60,141 nt of DNA from Lachnospiraceae bacterium GAM79 (GCA_963619035.1 CAVEUC010000006.1:1-60141), one strand, 5' to 3'. Positions 39,111-48,475 are shown, counted from the stretch's first letter. Notes: a model not told the origin generated them from the letters alone. Program-made: numbers and translations.

Positions 39111-40649
39111 ATGAGAAAAAGAGATAAAAACAATTTAGAGAAATTTTGGGATAAAATTAAGCACCATTTAATTACAAAAATTATTTTATTTCTTTTAGGT
39201 ATTGGAATATTAATTTTAATTCAATACCTTCCTTCTCCTGAAGGCACAATCGCAGGAATGGTATTAGACTTTATTAAAGATAAAGTTACTTTATCTGCTT
39301 TAATTGCTTTTATATACGCATTTATTAGAAGTATTATTATCGATCATAAACAAAAAAGAGAAGAAGAAAGAAATAAAACTGAAGATGATCAAAAGAAAAT
39401 TATTAGAAAATATGATGGATATAAATATTTAGATATTGATAATACTAAAAATTATTATTCTGAAGTTGGAACTTATATGGGCTTACATCATCTTTTAGTA
39501 GAAGAAAAAAGGCCAAAGATAAAAATTAAAGATAAATATTCTAAAAAATATAAAGAAATCGATGAGGAATTAAATGCTTTTTATAATAAGGAAAAACCTT
39601 TATTATTGATTCCTAATTTAAATATTTATACGAATTGCTTATTAAATACTACTTTTAAGGTTAAAGATAGTGAAGAATTATATAAGTTAAATGACTTTAT
39701 AATATTTAATAGCAACAACCTTCTTTCAGCTCATAAAAATTCAAGTAAAAGCAATAATGCAACTATTAGATTGAATTTCATATCTTCGATTGATGAAAAC
39801 ACAATTGAATTAAATTTAATGAGAAGCAACTATTTTCAAATGTTAATTACAAATAGATGCATGGATTATAAATTAACCGATGGTATGAGTTTAAGAGATG
39901 TGTATGAATATAAAAATAAGGTTTCACCATTAAAAGATTCTATATTCGGAAATCAAATAGGTATGACTGGTTTAATCATCACTAAAGATGGATATTTATT
40001 AATAGAACATAGAACCTTAAAAAAGAGCACTTGGAAAGATAAATTTGCTCAACCTATTTCTTTAGCATTTAAAGTTTCTGATGTCTTTTCTAAAGATGAA
40101 TTAAATGATGGCAATAATATAATTACTGATTCTAATGTTGAATCAAAATTTATGAGAGTAATTAAAAAGACATTAAAAACTAATTTTAATTTAATTGAAA
40201 ATGAAGATTACGATTCGATTAGTATAAAGTCTAATTTCTTTGGTATCGCTAGAGATTTACTAGAAGGTGGAAAACCTAACTTCTATTTCTTTGTTAAAGT
40301 AAATTATAATGCAGAAGAGTTTGTTAAAAAACTTCAAGAATACTCAAATTTAATTGTTGATAGTAATGATAAAAATAATAAAAGAGTGACCATTTCACAG
40401 GATAAATTAAAAAATAAATATTATTTAGTAAATTATTCAGATATTAAATTAAGCTTTGAATACGAGATGATTATTAGAAAAAATAAAGCCTATAAGATCA
40501 ATAGAAAATATTCTCCACGTTTTAAACATTCAATTCATAAGAATACAAATAAAGTTAAAATTATGAATAAGAATTTAAGAAAAGAATGTGGAGAAAGTTT
40601 ACTTGTGTGTTTTTCTTATTTAGAAATTATGAAAGATAAGGTTTTATAA
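39111..40649 (+). CDS. Membrane protein with 2 N-terminal TM helices, a charged linker, an unknown middle domain and a degenerate Nudix-like C-terminal region
   Basis: TM helices ITKIILFLLGIGILILIQYL and LSALIAFIYAFIRSIII. The segment GLIITKDGYLLIEHRTLKKSTWKDKFAQP...FMRVIKKTLKTNFNL...KPNFYFFVKV follows Nudix fold topology by eye. Confidence 0.6.
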   Translation: MRKRDKNNLEKFWDKIKHHLITKIILFLLGIGILILIQYLPSPEGTIAGMVLDFIKDKVTLSALIAFIYAFIRSIIIDHKQKREEERNKTEDDQKKIIRKYDGYKYLDIDNTKNYYSEVGTYMGLHHLLVEEKRPKIKIKDKYSKKYKEIDEELNAFYNKEKPLLLIPNLNIYTNCLLNTTFKVKDSEELYKLNDFIIFNSNNLLSAHKNSSKSNNATIRLNFISSIDENTIELNLMRSNYFQMLITNRCMDYKLTDGMSLRDVYEYKNKVSPLKDSIFGNQIGMTGLIITKDGYLLIEHRTLKKSTWKDKFAQPISLAFKVSDVFSKDELNDGNNIITDSNVESKFMRVIKKTLKTNFNLIENEDYDSISIKSNFFGIARDLLEGGKPNFYFFVKVNYNAEEFVKKLQEYSNLIVDSNDKNNKRVTISQDKLKNKYYLVNYSDIKLSFEYEMIIRKNKAYKINRKYSPRFKHSIHKNTNKVKIMNKNLRKECGESLLVCFSYLEIMKDKVL

Positions 40650-40663
40650 AGGAAGGTTAAATT

Positions 40664-41632
40664 ATGAAAAAACAATATGAAAAACCTACTCTTTTATTAA
40701 GTGTCCAAACTTTAACAGATGCTTTTAAAGATTTAATTGATGAATTGACCCCTTTTTATAATGTTAAAGTAGAAGGCCTTAATATTAGCTCTTTAGAAGG
40801 TGTTTCAATATTTGTTGGAAAAGAACTAGATAAAGAAATTTTAAAAACAGCAAATAAATTAGAAGTTATATTTACTTACAAAACCGGAGTTGAAAATTTT
40901 CCTTTAGATGAATTAAAAAGAATGGGAATTAAATTATGCAATTCGCATGTTGATTCTAAAATTATTGCTGAATATAGTATTGGATTAGCATTTAGTTTGC
41001 TTAATAAAATCACTTTAAGTGATAGAAATTTAAGAAAAGGTATTTGGAAAGATGATGATGAACCTTATTGGAATAGTTTTTTTGATAAGAAAGTTGGATT
41101 ATTAGGATATGGTCATATAGGTAAAGAAATACATAATTTTTTATTTGATAACAATATGGAAACTTATGTTATTAATAGAAACAAAACATATGAAATCGAT
41201 ACTATATTAGTTAAAGATTTAAAAGAATTGGTTGAAAAAAGTGATATTATTATAGCTTCACTTCCAAGTACAAAAGATACAGATAAAATATTGAATAAAG
41301 AAATATTTAAGTTGATGAAAAATAAATATTTAATAAACGTTGGTAGAAGTAATTGTATTGATTATTTTGACTTATATGATGCATTAAAAAATAAAGATAT
41401 TAAAGGTGCTGCAATAGATGTTTGGAATGATGAACCACATGATAAAAATGATATTAAATTACCATCTATTTATCATTTTGAAGAATTAGATAATATTATT
41501 TTATCTCCTCATCAAGCTGTTAAAGTAAAAGATGGTATTGATAGGTATGTAAAAGATATTAAAAACAATATCCTTAACTATACTAAAAATAAACAATTAA
41601 GAAATATTGTTGATTTAGATAAAGGTTATTAA
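40664..41632 (+). CDS. D-isomer-specific 2-hydroxyacid dehydrogenase family protein
   Basis: NAD motif GLLGYGHIGKEI. Catalytic-region motifs VGRSNCID and SPHQA. Confidence 0.8.
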   Translation: MKKQYEKPTLLLSVQTLTDAFKDLIDELTPFYNVKVEGLNISSLEGVSIFVGKELDKEILKTANKLEVIFTYKTGVENFPLDELKRMGIKLCNSHVDSKIIAEYSIGLAFSLLNKITLSDRNLRKGIWKDDDEPYWNSFFDKKVGLLGYGHIGKEIHNFLFDNNMETYVINRNKTYEIDTILVKDLKELVEKSDIIIASLPSTKDTDKILNKEIFKLMKNKYLINVGRSNCIDYFDLYDALKNKDIKGAAIDVWNDEPHDKNDIKLPSIYHFEELDNIILSPHQAVKVKDGIDRYVKDIKNNILNYTKNKQLRNIVDLDKGY

Positions 41633-41679
41633 TTTTTATTGAGTATATTATTCATATAAGATAAAATAAATAATCGTTA

Positions 41680-41753
41680 GCCCCCTTAGTTAATCGGTAT
41701 AACGGATCCATGGTAAGGATCTATGCGTAGTTCGACTCTGCGAGGGGGCACCA
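41680..41753 (+). tRNA. tRNA-Thr (anticodon GGU)
   Basis: Acceptor gccccct/agggggc, anticodon arm gatcc-ATGGTAA-ggatc, T loop gttcgac, encoded CCA. Confidence 0.9.
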
Positions 41754-41767
41754 GAATTGATTTTTTG

Positions 41768-41792
41768 CACGATATACTTATCGTGTTTTTTT
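41768..41792 (+). terminator. Rho-independent terminator after tRNA-Thr
   Basis: Stem cacgata / tatcgtg with a 4-nt loop, followed by T7. Confidence 0.8.
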
Positions 41793-41900
41793 ATTATAGA
41801 TTATAAGATTGTAACGTAATAAAAACTAATAATAAGAAATTAATTTTATATTAAAATTTATTATCTATATTACTAGACAATTCGTGATATAATATTTTAT

Positions 41901-42599
41901 ATGAATAAAAATGAAGATAAGAAGAAAACTATTTTGATTTGTCAAGATGATAAGATTAGATTAAACGAAATGAAAAATTCATTTAAAAATCTTGATTATA
42001 ATGTTGTTACATGTACATATGCTCAAGAAGCCATTGATCAATGTATTAAATCTTTAATTGATCTTTTAATTATAGATTTACAATTACCTGATAGAGATGG
42101 TATGTATGCTATAGAATCTATAAGAAGTTTTAATAGTACACTACCTATTATCGTTGTTACATCAAGAAATAATATTGAATCAAAGGTAATGGCTTTTGAA
42201 GCTGGAGCTAATGATTATTTAACAAAACCTTTTAATATGCTTGAATTGATTGCTAGAATTAAAAATCAATTTAGATATTTCCAAGTTGAAGATAAACACA
42301 CTTTAACAAATGGGCCTTTACTTATTGATTTTGATGCTAAAAATGTATTTGTTAATGGTGTAGAAATCCATTTTACAAATTTTGAATATAAAATTATTGT
42401 TTTGTTAGCTCAAAATATAGATAAAACATTATCTCATAGTTATATCATTAGTCATGTTTGGGGAGAGGGCGGACAAGATCCAAATGGCCTCAGAGTTTTT
42501 ATGGCTGGTATTAGAAAGAAAATTAATAAAGATTCTAGAAGTTCTAATATTTTAAGAACAGATGTTGGTTTAGGCTACAGAATGAATACTGTAGATTAA
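41901..42599 (+). CDS. OmpR-family (KdpE-like) response regulator
   Basis: Receiver residues CQDD, IIDLQLPDRDG, VVTS and TKPF. Winged-helix C-terminus LRVFMAGIRKKI...GLGYRM. Confidence 0.85.
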   Translation: MNKNEDKKKTILICQDDKIRLNEMKNSFKNLDYNVVTCTYAQEAIDQCIKSLIDLLIIDLQLPDRDGMYAIESIRSFNSTLPIIVVTSRNNIESKVMAFEAGANDYLTKPFNMLELIARIKNQFRYFQVEDKHTLTNGPLLIDFDAKNVFVNGVEIHFTNFEYKIIVLLAQNIDKTLSHSYIISHVWGEGGQDPNGLRVFMAGIRKKINKDSRSSNILRTDVGLGYRMNTVD

Positions 42600-42602
42600 T
42601 TT

Positions 42603-43022
42603 ATGAAAAATTTTATAGGAAAAGTCGCTTCTTTAGTTGGCTTAATTGCTAATATTATATTATTTATTGTTACAATTATTTGTATTATTTTTACTGTAAT
42701 TAACGATCAAATTTTAAATTTGATTTCAGCATATGTTACTAATCCTATATTTTGGCTAGGAACTATTTTTAGTTCTATTGTTATTATTTATTCGTTTGTT
42801 TTATCTATTTTTACGATTGTTAAATTAGTTAAAGGAACTTCTTTAAAACATATTGGATATAATTTAATCGCATTATTTGTATATTTACTGATTAGCGGTA
42901 TTATTGTTTTTGGTTTTGCTGGTTTAAGCGAGTTAACATTTGATTTATATTTAGGTTTATTCATTTCCTATTGTGTTATAAATATATTCTTTTTTATAGG
43001 AATTTCATTAAATTATAAATAA
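42603..43022 (+). CDS. Small polytopic membrane protein (139 aa)
   Basis: Four hydrophobic helices. Starts 3 nt after the response regulator stop. Confidence 0.55.
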   Translation: MKNFIGKVASLVGLIANIILFIVTIICIIFTVINDQILNLISAYVTNPIFWLGTIFSSIVIIYSFVLSIFTIVKLVKGTSLKHIGYNLIALFVYLLISGIIVFGFAGLSELTFDLYLGLFISYCVINIFFFIGISLNYK

Positions 43023-43067
43023 AAATTATAAAATTTTAGTATATTCTTAAATTTATATTTTTTTCTA

Positions 43068-43096
43068 TTGCAACAAAATAAGTAATGTTATATAAT
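43068..43096 (+). promoter_or_regulatory. Sigma-70-like promoter of rex-adhE (TTGCAA-17 nt-TATAAT)
   Basis: -35 at 43068-43073 and -10 at 43091-43096, about 40 nt upstream of the rex ATG. Confidence 0.6.
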
Positions 43097-43134
43097 AAAT
43101 TCGGTAAAAAAATACTGAATAGGAAATTAAAGTT

Positions 43135-43788
43135 ATGAAATTTACATTATCAAAAAATCAATTAAGAAGATTCCCAGTTTATCTTACATTCTTTAAAAGA
43201 TGTGAGGATATGGGATTAAAATACATTAACTCAAGTATGGTTGCAGAAGCATTGAATTTAAACGAGGAACAAGTTAGAAAAGATATTCAATTATTCTCAA
43301 CTGTAAGCGGCGTTCCTAATAAAGGACGTGAAATTAAAAAATTAATTACTGATATAGAAAGAGTGTTAGGTTGCGAATCAACAAATAATGCAGTTCTTGT
43401 TGGTGTTGGTAGTTTAGGAAAAGCTTTGTTGAATTATCATGGTTTTGATGAATATGGATTAAAAATTGTAGCAGGATTCGATAAAGATGAAAAAATGATC
43501 GGTAAAAAAATAAATGATGTTTCTATATATGATATTCATAGAATGTATGGAACAATTAAAGATTTGAACGCTTATATCGGAATTATATGTGTTCCACCAA
43601 GCGATGCTCAAGAAGTTTGCAATTTACTTATTGAATCAGGGATAGAAGCTATTTGGAATTTCTCTCCAACTAGATTAAATGTCCCATCAAATATCATCAT
43701 TTCAGATGTTAATATGGCAGTCTCGTTAGCAGAATTAAGCCATAAATTATACATGCAAAAATTAAAGGAGAACAAAAATGGAAAATGA
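43135..43788 (+). CDS. rex: Redox-sensing transcriptional repressor Rex
   Basis: N-terminal RRFPVYLTFFKR...VRKD winged helix and a Rossmann motif VGVGSLGKAL. Overlaps adhE by 11 nt. Confidence 0.9.
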   Translation: MKFTLSKNQLRRFPVYLTFFKRCEDMGLKYINSSMVAEALNLNEEQVRKDIQLFSTVSGVPNKGREIKKLITDIERVLGCESTNNAVLVGVGSLGKALLNYHGFDEYGLKIVAGFDKDEKMIGKKINDVSIYDIHRMYGTIKDLNAYIGIICVPPSDAQEVCNLLIESGIEAIWNFSPTRLNVPSNIIISDVNMAVSLAELSHKLYMQKLKENKNGK

Positions 43789-46393
43789 AATTTATCCAAA
43801 AGAAGTTGAACAAGAAATTAATGAACTTGTTAAGAAAGGTTTAGAATGTTTAGATGAATTTAGACTTTTAGACCAAGCTAAAGTCGACTATATCGTCGCT
43901 AAAGTTAGCTGTGCAGTTTTAGATCATCATGAATATTTAGCTCGTATAGCATTACAAGAAACAGGTAGAGGTGTATTTGAAGATAAATGTACTAAAAACT
44001 TATTTGCTTGTGAATATGTTGTTAATAACATGAGACACTTAAAAACTTGTGGAATTATTAAAGATGATCCAGTTACCGGAATTACCGAAATCGCTGATCC
44101 TTTAGGTGTAATTTGTGGTGTAACCCCTGTTACAAACCCAACATCAACTGTAATTTTTAAATCTTTAATCGCTTTAAAAACAAGAAATCCAATTATTTTT
44201 GGTTTCCATCCAAACGCACAAAAATGTTGTGTTGAAACTGCTAAAATTATTGAAGATGCAGCAGTAAAAGCTGGTGCTCCTAAAAATTGTATTCAATATA
44301 TTATCCATCCATCACTTGATGCAACTAAATGCTTAATGCACCATAAAGATGTCGCTACAATCTTAGCTACTGGTGGTAACTCTATGGTTAAAGAAGCTTA
44401 TAGCTGTGGTAAACCTGCTCTTGGTGTTGGTGCTGGTAATGTTCCTGCTTATGTTGAAAAGAGTGCAAATATAGCTCAAGCAGCAAATGATATTTTAATG
44501 AGTAAAGCATTCGATAATGGTATGGTTTGCGCTTCAGAACAAGCAGCAATTATCGATAAAGATGTATATAAAGAATTTTTAACTAACATTAAAAAATACG
44601 GTGCATATGTTTGTACTAAAGAAGAAAAAGCTTTATTAGAAAAATATATGTTTAGACCAACAAAAGATGGTAAAGGAACCGCTTTATTCTCTGGATTAGT
44701 TGGACATCCAGCTGCAGAAATTGCTCATGAAGCTGGATTTGAAGTTCCTGAAAACACTCCAATTTTAATTGCAGAATGCGACCATGTTGGAATGGATGAA
44801 CCATTAACAAGAGAAAAATTATCTCCTGTATTAGCTTTAATTAAAGTTAACGATTATAAAGAAGGCTTTGCTGAAGCTGAAAAGATGGTTGAAGAAGGCG
44901 GTTTAGGACATAGCGCTTGTATTCATACTCAAAGCAAAGAACTTGCTGATGAATTCGGTGTAAGATTAAAAGCATGTAGAATTATTTGGAATTCTCCAAC
45001 TACATTTGGTGGAATTGGTAATATTTATAACTCTTTTATTCCTAGTATGACTTTAGGTTGTGGTTCTTATGGACATAACTCTGTAAGTGGTAACGTAGGT
45101 GCAGTTAATTTAATTAATATTAAAAGAATTGGTAAAAGGAGAAATAATATGCAATGGTTTAAATTACCAAGCAAAATCTATTTTGAAAGAAATAGTATTC
45201 AATATCTTGTCGATTGTAAAGATGTCAATAAAGTATTTATTGTTACAGATAAATCCATGGTTCAATTAGGATTTATGAACAAGATTGTTGATGAATTAAA
45301 ATTAAGAAGAAATGAAGTTACTATTCAATTATTTACTGATGTTGAACCAGATCCTGATATTAAAACAGTTAGAAAAGGTGCTGATTTAATGGAAAGCTTT
45401 AAGCCTGATACAATCATCGCTTTAGGTGGTGGTAGCGTCATGGATGCTGCAAAAGGTATGTGGCTATTCTATGAAAACCCAGAAGTTAATTTTGATGATT
45501 TAAAACAAAAATTCATGGATATTAGAAAAAGAGCATTTAAGTTCCCTCAATTAGGAAAGAAAACAAAATTAATTTGTATTCCTACAACTAGTGGAACAGG
45601 TAGTGAAGTTACTCCATTTGCTGTTATTTCTGATCATGAAAATCAAAAGAAATATCCATTAACAGATTATTCATTAACTCCAACCATTGCAATTGTAGAT
45701 CCTGAATTTACAACTAATTTACCAGCTAGCGTTACTGCTGATACAGGTCTTGATGTTTTATGTCACGCAGTTGAAGCTTATGTTAGCATGTTAGCAAGTG
45801 ATTATACTGATGGATTAGCAATTCATGCTGTTGAATTAGTTTTTGAAAATCTTGAAAGAACTGTCAAAGATGGTAAAAACGATTTAGAAGCAAGAGAAAA
45901 GATGCATAATGCTGCAACTATCGCTGGTATGGCTTTCGCTAATGCCTTCTTAGGTATGTGCCACGCTATGGCTCATAAGGTTGGTGGTTTCTTCCATTTA
46001 CCTCACGGTAGAATTATTGGTATTTTATTACCTTATGTAATTAGATATAACGGACAAGTTCCTCAAAAATTAGCTACATGGCCAAAATATAATGTCTACG
46101 ATGCAGATAAACGTTATACAAAACTTGCTAGACTTATCGGTTTAGAAGCTAAAAACGAAAAACAAGGTGTTGAAGCTTTTGCTAATGCATGTTATGACTT
46201 ATCTGTTAGATGTGGATTTAAACCATCATTTAAAGAACAAGGAATCGACGAAAAAGAATTCATGGATAATGTTGAAAAGATTGCATATCTTGCTTATGAA
46301 GATCAATGTACCCCAGCAAATCCAAGAATTCCTCTTGTAAAAGATATGATTCAAATTCTTAAAGATGCTTATTACGGCAACTTTAAAAAGTAG
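43778..46393 (+). CDS. adhE: Bifunctional acetaldehyde-CoA/alcohol dehydrogenase
   Basis: 871 aa with an N-terminal ALDH domain (catalytic MVCASEQ) and a C-terminal iron-ADH domain (GGGSVMDAAK, HAMAHKVG). Confidence 0.95.
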   Translation: MENEIYPKEVEQEINELVKKGLECLDEFRLLDQAKVDYIVAKVSCAVLDHHEYLARIALQETGRGVFEDKCTKNLFACEYVVNNMRHLKTCGIIKDDPVTGITEIADPLGVICGVTPVTNPTSTVIFKSLIALKTRNPIIFGFHPNAQKCCVETAKIIEDAAVKAGAPKNCIQYIIHPSLDATKCLMHHKDVATILATGGNSMVKEAYSCGKPALGVGAGNVPAYVEKSANIAQAANDILMSKAFDNGMVCASEQAAIIDKDVYKEFLTNIKKYGAYVCTKEEKALLEKYMFRPTKDGKGTALFSGLVGHPAAEIAHEAGFEVPENTPILIAECDHVGMDEPLTREKLSPVLALIKVNDYKEGFAEAEKMVEEGGLGHSACIHTQSKELADEFGVRLKACRIIWNSPTTFGGIGNIYNSFIPSMTLGCGSYGHNSVSGNVGAVNLINIKRIGKRRNNMQWFKLPSKIYFERNSIQYLVDCKDVNKVFIVTDKSMVQLGFMNKIVDELKLRRNEVTIQLFTDVEPDPDIKTVRKGADLMESFKPDTIIALGGGSVMDAAKGMWLFYENPEVNFDDLKQKFMDIRKRAFKFPQLGKKTKLICIPTTSGTGSEVTPFAVISDHENQKKYPLTDYSLTPTIAIVDPEFTTNLPASVTADTGLDVLCHAVEAYVSMLASDYTDGLAIHAVELVFENLERTVKDGKNDLEAREKMHNAATIAGMAFANAFLGMCHAMAHKVGGFFHLPHGRIIGILLPYVIRYNGQVPQKLATWPKYNVYDADKRYTKLARLIGLEAKNEKQGVEAFANACYDLSVRCGFKPSFKEQGIDEKEFMDNVEKIAYLAYEDQCTPANPRIPLVKDMIQILKDAYYGNFKK

Positions 46394-46416
46394 TTAACAT
46401 TTCAATATGGATTTTA

Positions 46417-46445
46417 AAATCTCCTGAGTGCTTCAGGAGATTTTT
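46417..46445 (+). terminator. Rho-independent terminator of adhE
   Basis: Stem tctcctga / tcaggaga with a 5-nt loop, followed by TTTTT. Confidence 0.85.
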
Positions 46446-46509
46446 AATTATTAAACTAAACTTAATTATTGTAATCTAGTATAATTATTTTTATAGAAGG
46501 TTTTTGATT

Positions 46510-47400
46510 ATGAAAGAAGAATTTAGAGATTTAGTAGTAGAAAATTTAGATGAAGCAAATGTATTATTGTGCGGAATACCTTTTGATAAAAATGCTTCTG
46601 TAGGAAAAGGTGCTAAAGAAGCTCCAAAAGTATTAAGAGAATTAAGTTACGATCTACCTCCATTAGATAGAAAAGGTTTTTTGCTTAAAGATATTAAACT
46701 TTATGATTTTGGTGATTTTGTTAGTGAAGATTTTGATGAATTAAAATCAAATATGTCAGATTTTTTAAAACATGAGGGATTTCATATAGTTTTTGGTGGA
46801 GATCACTCAATTGCTATAGCAACTAATAGAGCATTTTACGATAAATGTAAGGCTTTAAATAAAACCCCAGTTTTAATTCATATCGATGCTCATCCTGATA
46901 TTTGTGATGAATATCATAATTCTAAATATTCACACGCTTGTCCTGTAAAAAGAGCAATTGATTATGGATATGAAGATAAAAATGTAACTCTTTGTGGTAT
47001 TAGAGGATTTGAAGAACAAGAAATCGAAACATTTAAAAAACATCCTTTGATTGATGTATTTAAAGCTAATGATATAAAAGAGATGGGATTTCAGTCATTT
47101 ATTGAAATACTTAAAAGAAAATATGAAGGAGATTCTTATTTATTTTATATTTCTTATGATATAGATGCTAATGACCCAGCTTACGCTCCAGGAACAGGAA
47201 CTCCAGAAGCTTTTGGTTTATCAAATTTTGAAACTATGGGAATTATTACAGGAATTGTTGAAAATTTTAATGTTGATGTATTTGAAATTGTAGAAGTTGC
47301 CCCACCTTTAGATGTTAATAATATTACAAGTTGGTTAGCATTAAAAACTTTATATGAGGTATTTGCTAGTTTAATTCAAACTAAAAAATTAATTAAATAA
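46510..47400 (+). CDS. speB: Agmatinase/arginase-family ureohydrolase
   Basis: Mn-binding motifs GGDHSI, DAHPD and SYDIDANDP. ATG 46510 is preferred over TTG 46504. Confidence 0.75.
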   Translation: MKEEFRDLVVENLDEANVLLCGIPFDKNASVGKGAKEAPKVLRELSYDLPPLDRKGFLLKDIKLYDFGDFVSEDFDELKSNMSDFLKHEGFHIVFGGDHSIAIATNRAFYDKCKALNKTPVLIHIDAHPDICDEYHNSKYSHACPVKRAIDYGYEDKNVTLCGIRGFEEQEIETFKKHPLIDVFKANDIKEMGFQSFIEILKRKYEGDSYLFYISYDIDANDPAYAPGTGTPEAFGLSNFETMGIITGIVENFNVDVFEIVEVAPPLDVNNITSWLALKTLYEVFASLIQTKKLIK

Positions 47401-47402
47401 TT

Positions 47403-48077
47403 ATGTATTTTAATGATTTATTTTTAAGATTAGAAAATAAAGGATATTTAAAAGAATTAAATAAATTTTTAGATGAAGAATATTCTAATAATGTAATTTA
47501 TCCAAAAAGAGAAGATATATTTAAAGCTTTTTCTTTTTTTGATGCATCTAATTTAAAAGTAGTCATTATTGGTCAAGATCCATATCCAAATAAAGATCAA
47601 GCTAACGGCTTAGCTTTTTCGGTTAATAAAGGCATTAAATTACCACCAAGCTTAGTTAATATCTATAAAGAAATAGAAAACGAATCGAATTGTTTAATGG
47701 ATTTTAAAAATGGTGATTTAACATATCTTGCTAAACAAGGAGTTTTATTATTAAATCCAATATTAACTGTTAAAGAAAAAGAACCTTTATCTCACAAAAA
47801 TAAGTTATATGATTCTATTTTTAAAGAGATTATGGAATATTTAGATACATTAGATACTAATATTGTTTTTATGTTATGGGGAAATAATGCAAAAAAATAT
47901 GAAAAATATATAAGCAATAAAAAAAGACTAGTGATTAAAACTAATCATCCTAGTCCTTTAAGTGCAAATAGAGGCGGTTGGTTTAATTCTCAATGTTTTA
48001 AACAAGCTAACATCTATTTATCTAATAATAAAATTAGCCCTATTTGTTGGGTGAATACTGTTAATTTCTTCTTATAA
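47403..48077 (+). CDS. ung: Uracil-DNA glycosylase
   Basis: GQDPYP and HPSPLSA motifs. Confidence 0.9.
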   Translation: MYFNDLFLRLENKGYLKELNKFLDEEYSNNVIYPKREDIFKAFSFFDASNLKVVIIGQDPYPNKDQANGLAFSVNKGIKLPPSLVNIYKEIENESNCLMDFKNGDLTYLAKQGVLLLNPILTVKEKEPLSHKNKLYDSIFKEIMEYLDTLDTNIVFMLWGNNAKKYEKYISNKKRLVIKTNHPSPLSANRGGWFNSQCFKQANIYLSNNKISPICWVNTVNFFL

Positions 48078-48222
48078 TTGTTGAATTAAAAATACCTGTG
48101 AATAATAAAGGATTATTTGCTTCCTTTCTTAATTCTTCTTCATCATATTTATTTTCACCAACGTAATCTTTTTCAAATTCATCTATTTGTCTAAAATTTA
48201 ATTTAACTCTTTTTTCGTTCAT
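48061..48222 (-). CDS. Possible 53-aa protein (MNEKRVKLNFRQIDEFEKDYVGENKYDEEELRKEANNPLLFTGIFNSTIIRRN)
   Basis: Hand-translated. Strong RBS AAAGGAGGAAtttact before ATG 48222. Its 3' end overlaps the ung 3' end by 17 nt. Below the ORF-track cutoff. Confidence 0.35.
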   Translation of the reverse strand: MNEKRVKLNFRQIDEFEKDYVGENKYDEEELRKEANNPLLFTGIFNSTIIRRN

Positions 48223-48277
48223 AGTAAATTCCTCCTTTAAACAACTACATAATATACCTATTTAAAATTATGAAAAT

Positions 48278-48319
48278 ATGTAAACGGTTTCATAAATTAT
48301 GTAAACGGTTTCATAAATT
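48278..48319. repeat. Two perfect tandem 21-bp repeats (atgtaaacggtttcataaatt), each holding a cre-consensus box TGTAAACGGTTTCA
   Basis: Read directly. Boxes at 48279-48292 and 48300-48313 fit WTGNAANCGNWNNCW at every specified position. Confidence 0.75.
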
Positions 48320-48379
48320 TTAGTATTTAAATACTGAATTTTAGTTTTTTTCTTTATAACATATTTTAATAATAGTAAA

Positions 48380-48475
48380 ATAATAATTGGGAGCTAAAGA
48401 ATTGGCTGAGAAAAATGTGATACTCATTTGACCTTAAACCTGATCTAGGTAATGCTAGCGTAGGGAATTTTTTTA
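48380..48475 (+). promoter_or_regulatory. TPP (THI-box) riboswitch
   Basis: Conserved elements tgggagc...ggCTGAGA...ACCTGATCTAGGTAATGCTAGCGTAGGGAA, directly upstream of a thiT-like gene. Confidence 0.85.

Noticed and set aside
43023-43134. Looked for a Rex operator (TTGTGAA-N6-TTCACAA or TTGTTAA-N4-TTAACAA type) upstream of rex-adhE.
   Set aside because: No such palindrome was seen. Only a good sigma-70-like promoter is present.
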